Of a DNA stretch of 64,000 nucleotides, positions 44,171-59,419 are shown in pieces (position 1 is the first letter of the stretch; the number at the start of each line of letters is the position of its first letter). A model generated the notes under the pieces. That model was given only the letters and a program-made list of their open reading frames with translations, was not told where the DNA came from and searched no databases. Location: the NCBI RefSeq assembly GCF_009914755.1, contig NC_060943.1; one strand, given 5' to 3'. The DNA is from the human T2T-CHM13v2.0 reference genome, Homo sapiens. The translations under genes were made by a program, and so were the position numbers.

Positions 44171-45337
44171 TTCCCCTTATATCCTGGGGGGTGGAAGGAC
44201 AAATCCACCTGACAAGATGGCAAGAGACTAAAAGCTACTGAGCGAAGCGGCTGATTGGGTCTTTCTCTAAATCCAGGACCTACTCCCCAACTCCACAGGC
44301 CCCAGGAAGGAGGCAGAAAGTGGGGAGTGGTCATCAGGCCAAAGGCTTTCTCTCAGGATCTTTTACCTGGACTCAAAAGCTCTAAGGACTCTCTCAGATG
44401 GACTTCCGCCCCAATTTCCTCCCGTTTTCACTTCCCGCTAGGCATCCATGTCATTTTCTTCTCTGTCCACACCCTTCTCAGTGGGGCTGAGTCGACAGCC
44501 ATGAGCCCTCACTTAAGATCTTCCCCTCCCCCTCCCAGAGCCCCAGTGAGCATCCAGCAGGACTTCTCCAGGAGGCCACAAGGAAGTAGGGGGTGGCACT
44601 AGAACCCAGGGGACAGACCCAAACCCCCACTCAGGGTAAAAAAGAGGGTAGAAATACATGGGGTTTCAGAACAGGGGTTAGGCTCTGGTAGGAAGTTGGG
44701 GATTCCTGCCTTTGCATGGAGCCCCTTTCCCTGGCACCCTGTTGAAGGCCAGAGCAGCAAGAGTGATGAATAAATGAAACTGAGGGAGGGGGTAGAAAGA
44801 GCTGGCAACAGGGGAAATGAGTGGCAGGAAGGGAAGAATAAAAGAAAGGGGGAAAGGGGGAAGGGAAAAACGGAGAAAAAAGAAGGGAAGGAGGTGGAGA
44901 TAAGGGAGGTAGAAAAAGAAAAACTAAGGGGTGGGGAGGAGGAGAAAGAGCTTTTATTGAGAAAAGGAAGAGATAGAAACTGAAAAACAGTGAGAAAGAA
45001 AAAACAGTAAAGGAGATGGAAATAAAGGAGCTGAGAAAGGACATGAAAAGGGAAAGAAAAGAGAGCAAAGAGGCAGCAGGCAGTCGAAGGGGTTCCCCAA
45101 GTTACAGACTTTGTCCAGAGAGCTGAGGGGTGCACCGCGGCTCCCCAACCTCACTCTGGGGCCCTGGAGCTCCGTTTTCCACCTCTCCTCCTGCCTGAGA
45201 TGCCACCGCCTCTGAGTGCCCCATCCCGGCTGCTTTTTCCTATTTCTCACCGTTTCTGCTCTCCAAGGCACCCCGTTCCTTTCTCTCACCCCTCATTCCC
45301 ACCACCCAGCCCTTTCTCGTTCCCTGTGCCCTCTTAC

Positions 45338-45420
45338 CTCTCCCCCCCCATTGCACCCTGCTTGCTTCGGAGCTTCAGACAGCATCACCGACCAATATCC
45401 TCACCATCATCGTACTAAAC
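45338..45420 (-). other. POU2F2: Alternative distal first exon of POU2F2 (3' end defined; TSS not defined)
   Basis: Donor GAG|GTAAGA at 45338/7. Contains an ATG at 45351 (GCAATGG, exits in phase 2) and an ATG at 45385 (16 codons, exits in phase 0). Confidence 0.6.
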
Positions 45421-46119
45421 CGGCCCCCACACCTCCAGGAAAAGAGAGAGAGAGAGAAAAAAAAAAAAACAGGCGGAACCGCCACCAGCCCTGACCCCCT
45501 CTCGCCTCATTTTCTCCACAGTCGCCCCTTCCTCAAATGCAGGGTCAAAATGGGGGTCCCGCCCAGCCCGGGGAGCCTCTCCGAAGCGCCGCAGCCAGCC
45601 GGGAGCAGATGCCACCTCGCCTCTCTTCTCTGTCCTCGCTCCTTTTTGTGTTCAGTGGCCCTGGTTGCGATGTGTTTTATTTTCATCGTCTTTTTATTGG
45701 TATTGTTTTTTTTCTCTTTTTCTTTTCTTTATTTTTTGGCCCGGGGGCAGCAGCGGCGAAGCGCCCACTGCCTGCCTCTTTCCTCAGCTCTGCGGCCGTC
45801 AGGCTCTTTCTCTAGTCTGCGCTCTTGACTCCCTCCTTTCTCTTCTGCCTCGGCTCTCGCTCCTCCGCTCCTCCGCTCCTCCGTCCTTTCAGCTCCGTCC
45901 TCAGCCGACTGCCCTCTCCTCTCTCTACTGCTTCCCCCTCCACGCCTCTCCTTTCCTCATCCTTCTTGCCCCTTCTCCCTTTTTCCTCTCCCTCTTCACC
46001 TCCTCTCCGTCCCCATTTCTTTCCATCCCTGCCCCCCGCCCCCACGTACACCTCTCCTTTGGTTCCCTCACTGCCATCGAGAGCAAGCTGACCCCCCCCA
46101 TCCCCAAATAATAAAAATA

Positions 46120-46810
46120 CCCAGCCAGGGGGCAAAGCCCCGGCGCCGGGCGCCGAGAGGGAGGCGAGAGGGCCGGGGCCGCGGCGGCGGCTGACAGCCG
46201 GAGCGCGGTGCGGAGTGAGCGGCGCCCGCCCGGCTCCCGCCCGGCTCCCGCCCGGAGAGCTCTCTGCAATAGGCCGAGCCGGCTGCATTAAGCTTCTTGC
46301 AATCAATAAAGCGCGGGTCAGATTATGCAAAGCGCAGATATTAATATGCAAAGTTTTAAAGATTTTTAAATGGAAGGGCAAGCGCGGCGCGGGCGGGCGG
46401 GCGGGCAGGGGCTGCGAGGGGAGAGGGAGGAAGGGAGGGCAGGCGGGCGGGCGCGCAGGCGAGCTGGGGAGAGGAGGAGGCTGCCCGCCGCCCGCCCGCC
46501 CGGCTGCGCCGCGCCGCCTTGCCTTACCGCTGCTCCCATCGGTAGGCGCCGCTGTCTTCGCCATGCGCGTCAGCTGCACGGCTCCGAGGGGATGGCCGAG
46601 GAGGAGCCGCCGCCGCCAACGCTACCCCCGCTCCCGCTCCCGCTCCCGCGCCCGCTCGCTGCCTGCTGCTGGCGCTGCTCTGGCCGCTGCTCCTCGCCTG
46701 AGCTGCCGGCGCGAGCCCAGGCGCGCGCCATCCCCGGCTCCCACCTTGTCCCCATGGCAACCCCGGGCCCAAGGATGCTCAGAGAGAGAGCGCGAGCGAG
46801 AGAGCGAGGG
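46120..46810. promoter_or_regulatory. POU2F2: CpG island, distal POU2F2 promoter
   Basis: Very high CpG and GC content with an embedded AT-rich motif block at 46265-46372. Confidence 0.88.
46528..46564 (-). CDS. POU2F2: Alternative POU2F2 first coding exon: MAKTAAPTDGSS + 1 nt
   Basis: Reverse complement GCGC ATG GCG AAG ACA GCG GCG CCT ACC GAT GGG AGC AGC G|GTAAGG. It is 37 nt, phase 1 like the canonical exon 1, and sits in the CpG island. Confidence 0.75.
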
Positions 46811-48470
46811 GGGAGAGAGGGAGAGGGAGAGGGCGGGGAGCGCAGGGGACACGGAGGCAGGGAGAGGCCCGAGACCCACAGAGACACAGAGAGACACAGA
46901 GACGGAGAGATGCAGACATATGCAGAAACAGAGACACAGAGATAGAGGAGAGGGGTAGGAATAGAAGGGGACACGGAGACAAGGACAATCCTTGAGACCG
47001 ACAGAGGCCCACAGAGATACTGAGAGACACAGAGACACACGGACACACAGAGACACAGAGACACACGGACACACAGTAAGAGACAGAGGGGTAAGGGCGA
47101 GGGGCAGGGAGCAGAGAGGGATTCAAAGGTATGGAGAGACACTGAGGTCCAGAGACTAACAGAGATACTCAGAGACACAGAGACACCCAGAGATAGAGAC
47201 AGAGAAAAAAGAGAGAGGGGACAGGACAGGGAGCACAGAAGATGCAGAGGCAGAGAAAGACTCCTAGAGGCAGAGAGATGCTCAGAGACACAGAGACACA
47301 CAGAAACAAATAGACACGGGGACACACAGAAAAGAGACAGAGAAGGGTGGGGAGCACAGGGGACTCAAAGGCAGGGAGAGGCCCTAAAAGCCAGAGACTC
47401 AAAGAGACACCCAGAGACAAAGAGGAAAAGGAGAAGGGAGAGGGCAGGAAGTATAGGGGACATGGAGGCAGAGAGATGTCCAGAGACACACAGAAATATA
47501 GAGACACAGGAACAGAGTGGGGGGAGAGGAGGGAGGAGGGAGCAGATGGGGACATAAAGGGGCACCAAGAACCACAGAGACACTCAGAGACAAAGAGATA
47601 AGGAGAAGAGGTCCATGCAGAGACAGAGATGCAGAGTCAGAAAGATAGCCACAGAGAAGTAGACACACAGAGACAGAGAGATAGTGAAAAAATATATATG
47701 GGGAGAGAAAGAGACTAATTCACAAAGACAGAGACACAGAAATAAGAGAGATAGATATGCACAAATCAGAGATAGGAGAAAGCTACACGCAAAGAGAGAC
47801 AAATGAAGATGTAAGGCAGTGTTGCAGAGATACAGAGATAGGAAGACATAGAGACAGAGGCAGACACACACAGAGGTAAGAGATATAGACCTGCGGAAAC
47901 AGACAGAGATTAAGAAAGAGCCGTTGAAAGAGCCGTTGAAAGAGACAGAGAAACAGAGATGGAGAGATGCAAAGCCAGAAAGACAGACATTGACAGAGAC
48001 CAAAAGATACAGAGACTGAGACTGAGACAGAGAAAAAGGCACAGAGAGAGTCAAACAAGGAGACAGAGTCAAACAAGAAGGTGTAGACAGAAACACAGAG
48101 AAATATACATAGGGATTCTGAGAGAGAACCTAAGAAACAGAGACAGAAAGAAATGTGCAAAGAGAGAAACAGAGATCAAGACATAAAAAGAGATGAAAAG
48201 AAATACAGAGATGGTGAGAGAAAGAAAGCAAAGACAGAGACCCAGAGAGTCAAAGTGAGGCAGAGAAATGCAGAGACATGGACAGAGACTGCAAGAAAGT
48301 GACAGGAACAGAGAAACCTCAGGAGACACACAGAGAGACACAGTGAGATGGAGAAAGGCACTGGAAGAGGCTTTCAGTTGGACAGAGATCCACAGAGAGA
48401 TGCGAGACAGAGACAAGAAGAGACAAATGGAGAGTCAGAAATAGAGAATGAGGTCTGGTAGACAAGGCTG
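46780..48470. repeat. ~1.7 kb degenerate GA/GAGACA low-complexity tract
   Basis: Purine-rich plus strand with recurring AGAGACACAG words. Confidence 0.85.
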
Positions 48471-48989
48471 GGGATGGGGGGCAGAGACAGAGCCCAGGTA
48501 AAGGAGGAAGGGACAGGCTGGGGTGAAAGCAGAAAGTAGGAAGGTGACAAGAGGGTCCAGGGAAGCACCAAGGGGGAAAGGGCAGACAGGAGGGGAGGGA
48601 AGAACAGCAGAAAGGAGAGGAGTGGGGAAGGGAGAGGAGGGGAAGAAAGAGAGGAGGGCAGTGCCCAGTCACCAAGCACCTCCCCTGTGCCAGGCACATT
48701 ATGGCTTGGAGACAGGGAGGAAGGAAAGGAAGGCCAAGGGTGAAGGGGCTCCGACCAGGGGAAGGTGGGCACAGGGTCTTGGGAGGGTGCATGGCTCCCG
48801 CCCCCTGCAGGCGGGGGTGCAGTGGTGCAAAGAGGAGGATAGGGTTGCAAGTGGTACCCAGACCTGGGAGGGGGTGTGAGAGGGAGGGAACAGGAGGGGG
48901 AAGGCAGGGAGGGAAAGGGAGGAGGAGGAGGAGGACGCAGGCACGCGCTGCGCGGTCTTGGCTTAGCAGCTGCAACCGCCCTTCGCTTT

Positions 48990-49870
48990 GTTACCAGCAA
49001 GGCTACCCCATGCATACTGAGTGGACACGCGGGACCCTCATGTGTGTGTGAGAAACACGAGAATCACCAACTGCCCACGTGTATGGAGAACGCTCCCAAG
49101 ACCTACACTGGAAGTGCGTAACATAAATAAATATAGGAAACACCTACCCCGTGGGCGTACAAAGTAAGTACCCAGGACCTGTGCAGCGTGTGCATAATAG
49201 ACACAGAACTACCTACTACTCCCTGTACGGAGCAGCCTCCTGGGACCCGCACTGTGTGCGCAACACAAATAAATGCAAGGAATACTACCCTCTGTCCATA
49301 CAAAGTAGGTATTTGGGTCTTATGCAGCAGATGCATAATGGACATGGGACCACTTAATACCCCCATACAGAGCAGACTCCTGGGATCCACACAGTGTGTT
49401 CACAACACAAATAAATACAGGAAACGCCCACTCCAACTGCACACAAACTAGGCACATGGGCCTACAGGGCATGAACATAGTGGACACGGAACCACCCCAT
49501 AGCCACCTACCAACCAGCCTCCCTGGGACCCATACTGTGTGGGCACAACATAAATGAATGCAGGAAGTACCCTATCCCCCATGCCTACAAAGCTGGCACA
49601 CCAACCTAATAGACTTAGCTAGTGTGAACATAAGAGACACCCATGAGCAGGTTCTGGTGATCCACAAAGGCACATAACAAAACTGAACATAAGAAACACC
49701 CACTCCGCTTGCATACAAAGGCACATGGGGTCCCAATAGTGAGGAGAGAACTCAAAAAAGGGTGTATATAATGACAACCCACACACTATCCATTCTGGAA
49801 GGAGCAACAAGGAATACTGGACCCTGCAATGAATCTACCCAGCAGACTCCCAGGTCCCTCCATCTGTACG
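48990..49870. repeat. Diverged ~142-bp tandem array, ~5-6 units
   Basis: Anchor ACA(C/T)AAAT(A/G)AAT..AGGAA at 49121, 49263, 49405, 49548 and, more weakly, ~49677. Confidence 0.8.
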
Positions 49871-50091
49871 TGTACAATAGACCTAGGAGGAGCTATGGAC
49901 AGCCTGAGTACCTACTAGAAGGGAAGCAGGGACAGGGCAGAGACCAAGGATGTCCTGTTCCCTGCCTTGGCCCTGGCACCTACAAGGACCAGTACATGGG
50001 TGGGGTGGGGGGCGGTCATCCTTCCTAAGAATGACCAAGTACATAATAATTGTGTATACAGTGAGTATACACTAAGCACACAGCACCAATG

Positions 50092-50318
50092 TTTGTCTGT
50101 TTGTTTGTTTGTTTGTTTTGAGACAGGGTCTCCCTCTGTCACCCAGGCTGGAGTGCCGCAGCGTGATCATGGCTCACTGTAGCCTCAAACTCCTGGGCTC
50201 AAGCAATCCCCTCTTGCCTCAGCCTCCCAAGTAGCTGGGACTACAGGCATGCACCACCACACCCATCTATTTTTTTTTTTTTTAAGCAGAGATGAGGTCT
50301 CCATATGTTCCCCAGGCT
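50092..50318 (-). mobile_element. 5'-truncated Alu (J-type)
   Basis: (TTTG)n tail, right arm and partial left arm; TSD AGCACCAAT. Confidence 0.88.
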
Positions 50319-50926
50319 AAAGCACCAATTTTAAGGATCCAAAAAACTTGGTTTGATATGTGCTAAGTCCATATCATATGCTTACTTGCCAGTATGTTAA
50401 GAGTCTGTGGTCCACAACCTATGCATGATTGGTATCTTAATTATCCAGAATATCCATATTAAGCAGAAGCTGACATCCCTCATGGACTTACAAAAGTCAG
50501 ATCCAATAGGAGACTTAAGCAATCCGCACATGCAGGTTGTCCTAACTGATTTCTAGGGCTCCGCCCAGCCCCGAGTCATGATTCCACGAAGGCTGATGCA
50601 GCACATGTATACACACCAGGCACATGCAAAGACGTACACCATACACTGTACACAACACAGCAAAAACATGTGTGCTCTCTCTGCTTCTGAAATAGCATAA
50701 TTCCAGAAGTACCAGATTCCTCTGAGGAATGTGTGTGTGTGCATGTCTGAGTGAGGGCCATCTCTGGGTACAGGTGTGCATGTACATGGCTCTTCCTGTA
50801 CGAATGAGCTCAGCTCTTATTCCCTCCTCATTCTGCCTGTTCATCTTTCAGAAACATGTATACAAATAATAGTACCTGATGTATACTAAGTACAAAACAT
50901 TGCAAGCTATGGATGACCTTAATTGA

Positions 50927-51264
<338 letters not shown>

Positions 51265-51503
51265 TTGAACATACCTTTAGATAGATGCATTTGTTCATTA
51301 ATGAAACATTTGTTCGCGCATCTGTGGCCATGTGTGTGCGTGTGTGTACATCTTGGTGTCTTGGTTACAAGTCTTGGGGCTCCCTTATAATCTCTGAGGA
51401 TAAAGGGTGTAAGATAAGGGAAACGAAGGCACACAAAGCAGGAAGGGAAGAAACTGGGGAGAAGGAAAAAAGTGGTGCAAGGACAAGGAGCAAAAAGAAG
51501 AGA

Positions 51504-51618
51504 CCTGTTATTCAGGAGGCTGAGGCACAAGAATCACTTGAACTCAGGAGGCAGAGGTTGCAGTAAGCCAAGATTGTTCCACTGCACTGCCCTGGGCGAT
51601 AGAGCAAGACTCTGTCTC

Positions 51619-51665
<47 letters not shown>
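51504..51665 (+). mobile_element. Alu right-arm fragment with a (GA)n tail
   Basis: TCAGGAGGCTGAGGCACAAGAATC...TCTCAAAA followed by (GA)n at 51622-51665. Confidence 0.88.
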
Positions 51666-51668
<3 letters not shown>

Positions 51669-52699
51669 GAACTGGAACTGGATGTATGGAAGGAAGGGAG
51701 GAGGCCCTGAGGACACAGGCAGAGGGAGATGTGGTGCGGGAGCAAGGAAGAGAACAAGGACAGGAGGAGAATGGGTGTGAGAGAAAAGAGGAAGCTAGGA
51801 GGAGGAAGGGAGGTGAATGGTGAGCAGAGCAGAGTGAGGGTATCAGGAAGAGTGAAGGGGACTGGGGAGAGGAGAAAGGAGATGGGAGAAGGAGATAAAG
51901 ACCGAAGGGAAAGAAATAAGAAACAGACAGAGGCTTTTCTGGTCTGAATGAAATTTAGAGGTTGCCCCAGTGGCCTCCTATGGGAAGGTGTTCGAGTCGG
52001 AGGATGAAGGTGAAGCAAAAGAGAGAAAGGAAGAGGAATCACAACCTAGCTCCCTAGGATGGGGCAGCCAGCTGTCTCCATCATCCTAGAAGGGGCCCAG
52101 AGACAGGGACCCGGAGGCACAGACAGAGAGGTATGCAGAGCTGGACTGAGATGTGGAGTCATCTGAAGTGGGTAGGGTCCTGGGACAGGCAGGAGGAGGA
52201 GTGGAGAGACTTGCAGGCTCAGGGAGGCCAGGGCTCAGTGGTGTGGAGACTTCCAAAGACCAGGAGGAGGCTGGAGCAGGCAATGGAGCAGGGCCCTGAG
52301 ACCACAAGCGGGGAATCGAAGACCAGGTAAAGGGAAGCAGGTTAGAGAAGGGCAGAGAAGTGAGGGCCTGCTGAGCAGAACCAGCCAAAGTAAATGGAGG
52401 AGCAGCTGGAGTGGGATGAAAAGGCCATGAGGCATCTTGCAGATGGGTCCTGCCTTATGCACACCCGGGTTCAGAAGCTCTCCCAGGCTGACTCTCCCCA
52501 AGCATTCAGTTTGGTTCCATTTAAGACATGCATACTGAATACTATCACGAATTAGCACTATGCTGTAAGCTGAAGAAACAAATGCAAATGAGACACAACT
52601 CTGCCCTCATAGAGACCCTCATCTGAAGTTGTTGGTGGGGGAGGGAATGAACAATAAATACACAGTTACTGATACACACAGCAACACAGAAGTACCTCA

Positions 52700-53012
52700 A
52701 AACCAAAGTGAGAGATGCAGAAGACCACACACTGTAGGATTCCATTTACATGAAATTCTAGACAGCAAAACTACTGTGACGGAAAAGCAAATGAGTGGTT
52801 GAAAAGGGCTGCAGTGGAAGGAGGGGACTGACAGCAAAGGCGCCGGAGGGAACTTTTTAGGGTAATGGAAATGTTTTGTAACATGATTGTGGTGGTGGTT
52901 ACACAACTGTGTGTGTGTGTAAACTCATTAAACTGTACATTTACAACTGGTGAATTTTATTGCATGCAAATTATATCACAATAAAGCTGATTGCAAATAA
53001 ATAAATAAATAA
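52700..53012 (+). mobile_element. L1M 3' end fragment
   Basis: GATTCCATTTACATGAAATTCTAGA...GGAAATGTTTTG...AATAAAGCTG, typical of the L1MC/ME 3'UTR. Confidence 0.75.
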
Positions 53013-53377
53013 TTACCAGCCAGAATATTCAAGACTCAAGATAGGGCTCTATGGGAGCCAAGAGGAGGTGGATGGGGCAGTGACGGAAGGCTTCTGAGAA
53101 GAGGTGATGCCTGAGATAAGACCTGAAGGATAAACAGGAGGCAGGATGGAGAAAGCGTTCCCATGGAAGAAGAGCTTTCACATGGAAGCAGGTGAGAACT
53201 GAAAAAAGTTCACTATGTTTTGAACACAGAATGGAGAGTAAGACTATCAAGAAGTGAGTGCAAAGAAAATCAGGGTTCAAAATACAAATCCATTGCTATT
53301 CGAAGTACCATGTTGAATAAAACCCACCTGCACCTGAAAAGGCCCAGAGAGAAGGAAACTATGAGACACGACTGGGG

Positions 53378-53674
53378 ATTTTTTTTTTTTTTTTTTTTTT
53401 GAGACAGGGTCTCTCTCCTCCCTCTGTCATCCAGGCTGGAGTGCAGTGGCACAATCACAACTCACTGCCACCTCGACCTTCTCCTGCCTCAACCTCCTGA
53501 GTAGCTGGGACGACAGGCGTGCACCACCACAACCTGCTAATTTTTGTATTTTGTGGTAGAGACAGGTTTTTGCCATGTTGCACAGCCTGGTCTTGAACTC
53601 CTCGGCTTAAGCGATCTACTGGCCTTGATCTCCCAAAGTGCCAAGATTACAGGCATGAGCCACCGCTCTGGGCC
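53378..53674 (-). mobile_element. Alu (J-type)
   Basis: TSD GACTGGGGATTT. Confidence 0.93.
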
Positions 53675-53887
53675 AAGACTGGGGATTTCTAATTGGCCTC
53701 CTGTCTGCCCCACAGAAAGGTCTCCTTCCTGCCGCCCTTCCCAGAACTTCCTCCCTGCTCTTTTCACATGGGGATGTCTCTCTCCATTAGGAAGCAGCCT
53801 CTGCTCTGGACCTATCCCCCAACCCTGCCCACATCTCCAAGAGTTTGTGGGCCCCAGTGAATCCCTCCAACCTGGATTCCATGTGGC

Positions 53888-53906
53888 CACTGCCCCCTGG
53901 TGGCTG
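53888..53906 (-). promoter_or_regulatory. Consensus CTCF motif
   Basis: Reverse complement CAGCCACCAGGGGGCAGTG. Confidence 0.65.
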
Positions 53907-55261
53907 AAGTGATGCATGACTAAGGACGAAGGGACACCTCCAAGTCCAGGCCCAGCATGCCCTTCCAGAGGCCAGTCCAAGGCACTCCCACTACTGCCCC
54001 CCAAGACACACCCTTGTCCCTGACAGTCTCCTCCTTGCTAAATCCTACAAGCACTTTTCAGTCCTATCTGACTCTCCTCTGCAGCATGCAGCCACAAATA
54101 TCTTTTCAAAATCCTCTTGGCATCTAAGAAACCTCACTCTCTTGGTTCTCCAGCTCTGTCTGGGCTGCTCTCCCAGGGTGAATCATCCCCTCCCACAACT
54201 GCTTTCTCTATGCTGGTAATCCCTAAATTTGTCTCCAGTTTAGCCCTCTCTCCTAAGCTTCACATCAGGATACCCAGCCACCTCCTAGAGGTTCCAAAAA
54301 TACCTCAAAATCAACATGTCTAATCTAATCATGTCATCTTCTCTACCATGCCCCTAGACCTTGGTTCCCACTCCCCATGGTGATACTCCATCCAATCTAG
54401 CATTCAAGTCAGAAAAATTGTCCCTGTCCTTGACACCTTCCTCTTCCTCATATTCACATCCAATCAGGATTGAAATCCCATCCAGTTCATTTACTTCATT
54501 AATATTAAAATTTTAAACCATATGAAATTGACAATATCACCCAGCTTTTTCTTACAAAATGGGAATTTCATAGAGTTCAACCGAGTATTTCTCAAATCCA
54601 TCTCCTCCTCTCTTCCCTGCTCCCAGTGTCCTAGTTCAGGCCTCCACATCTCCTGCTTGGCCCATGAATCTCCTTACTACCTGGCCTCCCAGTCTCCCCT
54701 CTTGCCCCCTTTCTAGTCTATCCTCCACACTGGCTACTGGGGTAATGTTTCTACAATATGGCTCTGATCAAATCACTCCCCTGCTTCAAACTCTTACTTC
54801 CTGTTGCACACAGGACAAAAGCCAAACTCCTTAGTCAGCTTTTCAGACCCTTCACAGTAACTGGCTCCCCTCCCTCTACAGGGAGCACCACTATGCATCC
54901 TGTACTGCAACCACACCAAACCACCACCACTTCCTTGAATCTGCCCTTAACCTCTTGGCCTTTGTACTTGCAGTTCCCTATAACTGGAATGCCCTTCTCA
55001 CTCTTGTCCCCCTGGCTAACTTCTATTTGACTCCAAGAACCAACTTAAAATCATATGTTAATGTAAACCTCCAGTTCATCCATTCATCCATCCAATACAC
55101 ACAGCTTGAGTATCTATACTTGTATGACCTCCATAGAAGGTACCGGGGACACAAAGGGGAATAGGACACAATTCCTGCCATCAAGAAAGCTCACGGTCCA
55201 GTAAGAGACACAAATGCATATATAAATCACAACACTATAGTGTGCTAGGACACAAAACTAG

Positions 55262-55741
<480 letters not shown>

Positions 55742-56564
55742 AATTTTAAAGGGGAAATAGTCCTTCTGAAGGAGTCATTAAAATTGGAGGGAAGCATGAA
55801 CAAGAGCACACAGGTGAGGAAGAGTAGGTTGTGTGCAGGGAGGCAGTTGGGATTGCTAAAGCATAAACCATAAGAGAAAAATGCTGCTGGAGAGGCTAGA
55901 TGGGGCCCAATCATTAAGTATCTTTTGATCTAGGAGGCCATGGGGAGCCGCTGATGGGTTTTCATCAAGAGCAGCTTTGCATTTTTGAGAATATGAATCT
56001 GAGAGGACAAGAATGAAAGCAGGAAAAACCAGGAAGCTATTGCAATAGCCTAGGCAAGAGATGCTAATGGCCAGTATTGACATTGGTATCAGGGACATGA
56101 AGGAGGCAACAGGTTTAAAAAACCCGGAGGTAACTCAAGTCAGCAGGGCTTTATGTTTGGATATGAGCGTCAGGGAGAGGGTGGTGCCAAGGATGATGCC
56201 CACGTTTCTCACTTGGATGCCCGGATGGATGGAGGTGACATTCATTGAGACAGGAGAAAATAGGAGGAGGCACAGAACTTATTCGACAAAGTTCTTTCTT
56301 GAACCTCTTATATCTGAGGTGCCTATGAGACATGTCCTGGATCCAGCAAAGAGTTATATTAGTTCTTCAGTCTATATTGGGATACAGTTGTGTGCAGTGT
56401 CATAGAGAGAGGTCTCTGGGCTGAAGATCTGGACATCATTAGCATAGAGTTGATAGCTGAAATCACGAGTCGATGATGTCCCTCAAGAAGAATACGCCGA
56501 ATGTGAAGAGCTCTAAGCCCAGAAAAGAGCCCAGGAGAAGTGCCACATTTCAAAGGTGGGCAGA

Positions 56565-58394
<1,830 letters not shown>

Positions 58395-59126
58395 CTAAAA
58401 GAGAGGTACTGGTCGATGGAGTTAAAGCTTTAGATAAAGATGAAAAATGTACTTGGATTTGGCAAGAGAAAGTCCTTAACAAGCTCAATGTGAGTGGTTT
58501 CAGTGAGTTGTGACTCAAATGCAAGGTGAAGGCCGGGGCTGGTAAGCAGGAATGGATACCAATGTTTCTGCCCACCCAGCATCCATTTCGCCATCCTCTG
58601 TAATGGCTCCCTGACTTTTCACTGAGTAACCATTACCCACGTCCTACTGGATATGCTTCCATGAGACTGTTAGGGCACTCAGCTGTCCACAGGCCAAGGG
58701 GAGTCATGGGAGGCCACAAGACTCAAGCTGCACCAGTCAGAAGCTCTCCCTGGAATTTGAATCATGAGCTTATGTGACAGGAGGCCCAAATCTGATTGCA
58801 GCTGATTTATGTTGTACCCAGGGCCCTGAGGAAGCTGCCATTCCTTCCTGCTACTTCAATCCCTGCTACTGCCCTGGTTCTAGTCTTTTCTGAAGGCTGC
58901 TTCTTCAGTCTCTCCCTCTGTTGTGAGTGCCATCTTAATCTCCTTCTAATAAATATCTTTCTTGCTTAAGTTAGCAAGAGTCGGTCTCTGTTGCTGCAGC
59001 CAAAGAACCCTAACTCATACTTGTCCTTTCAAGAATTTGGGATGAGATGAGGAGGACAATGAAGGACAAGCACGAGGGGAGCATAGCCTGGAGGAAGGTA
59101 GAGGTTTTTTTGAGTGCGGCGGGGGG

Positions 59127-59419
59127 AGTTTGTTTTGTTTCTTTGTTTTTGAGATACTCTGTCACCTAGGCTGGAGTGCAGTGGTGGGATCATGGTAGCC
59201 TCAATCTCCCAGGCTCCAGCAATCCTCCTCCCTCAGCCCCCTGAGTAGCTGGGACCACAACAAGTGCACACCACCATACTTGGCTAATTTTTTTTTATTT
59301 TTAGCAGAGACAGGGTCTCACTATGTTGCCCATTCTGGTCTTGAACTCTTGGTTCAAGCAATCCTCCCGCCTCAGCCTCCCAAAGTGCTGGGATTACAGG
59401 CGTAAGCCGCTGCACCTGG
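59127..59419 (-). mobile_element. Alu (J-type)
   Basis: Antisense dimer. Confidence 0.9.

Noticed and set aside
45812-47325. Long ORFs of 247-255 aa in the CpG island and GA tract
   Set aside because: These are stop-poor GC-rich or low-complexity sequence. Only the MAKTAAPTDGSS segment has a proper donor and phase; the rest is intron read-through.
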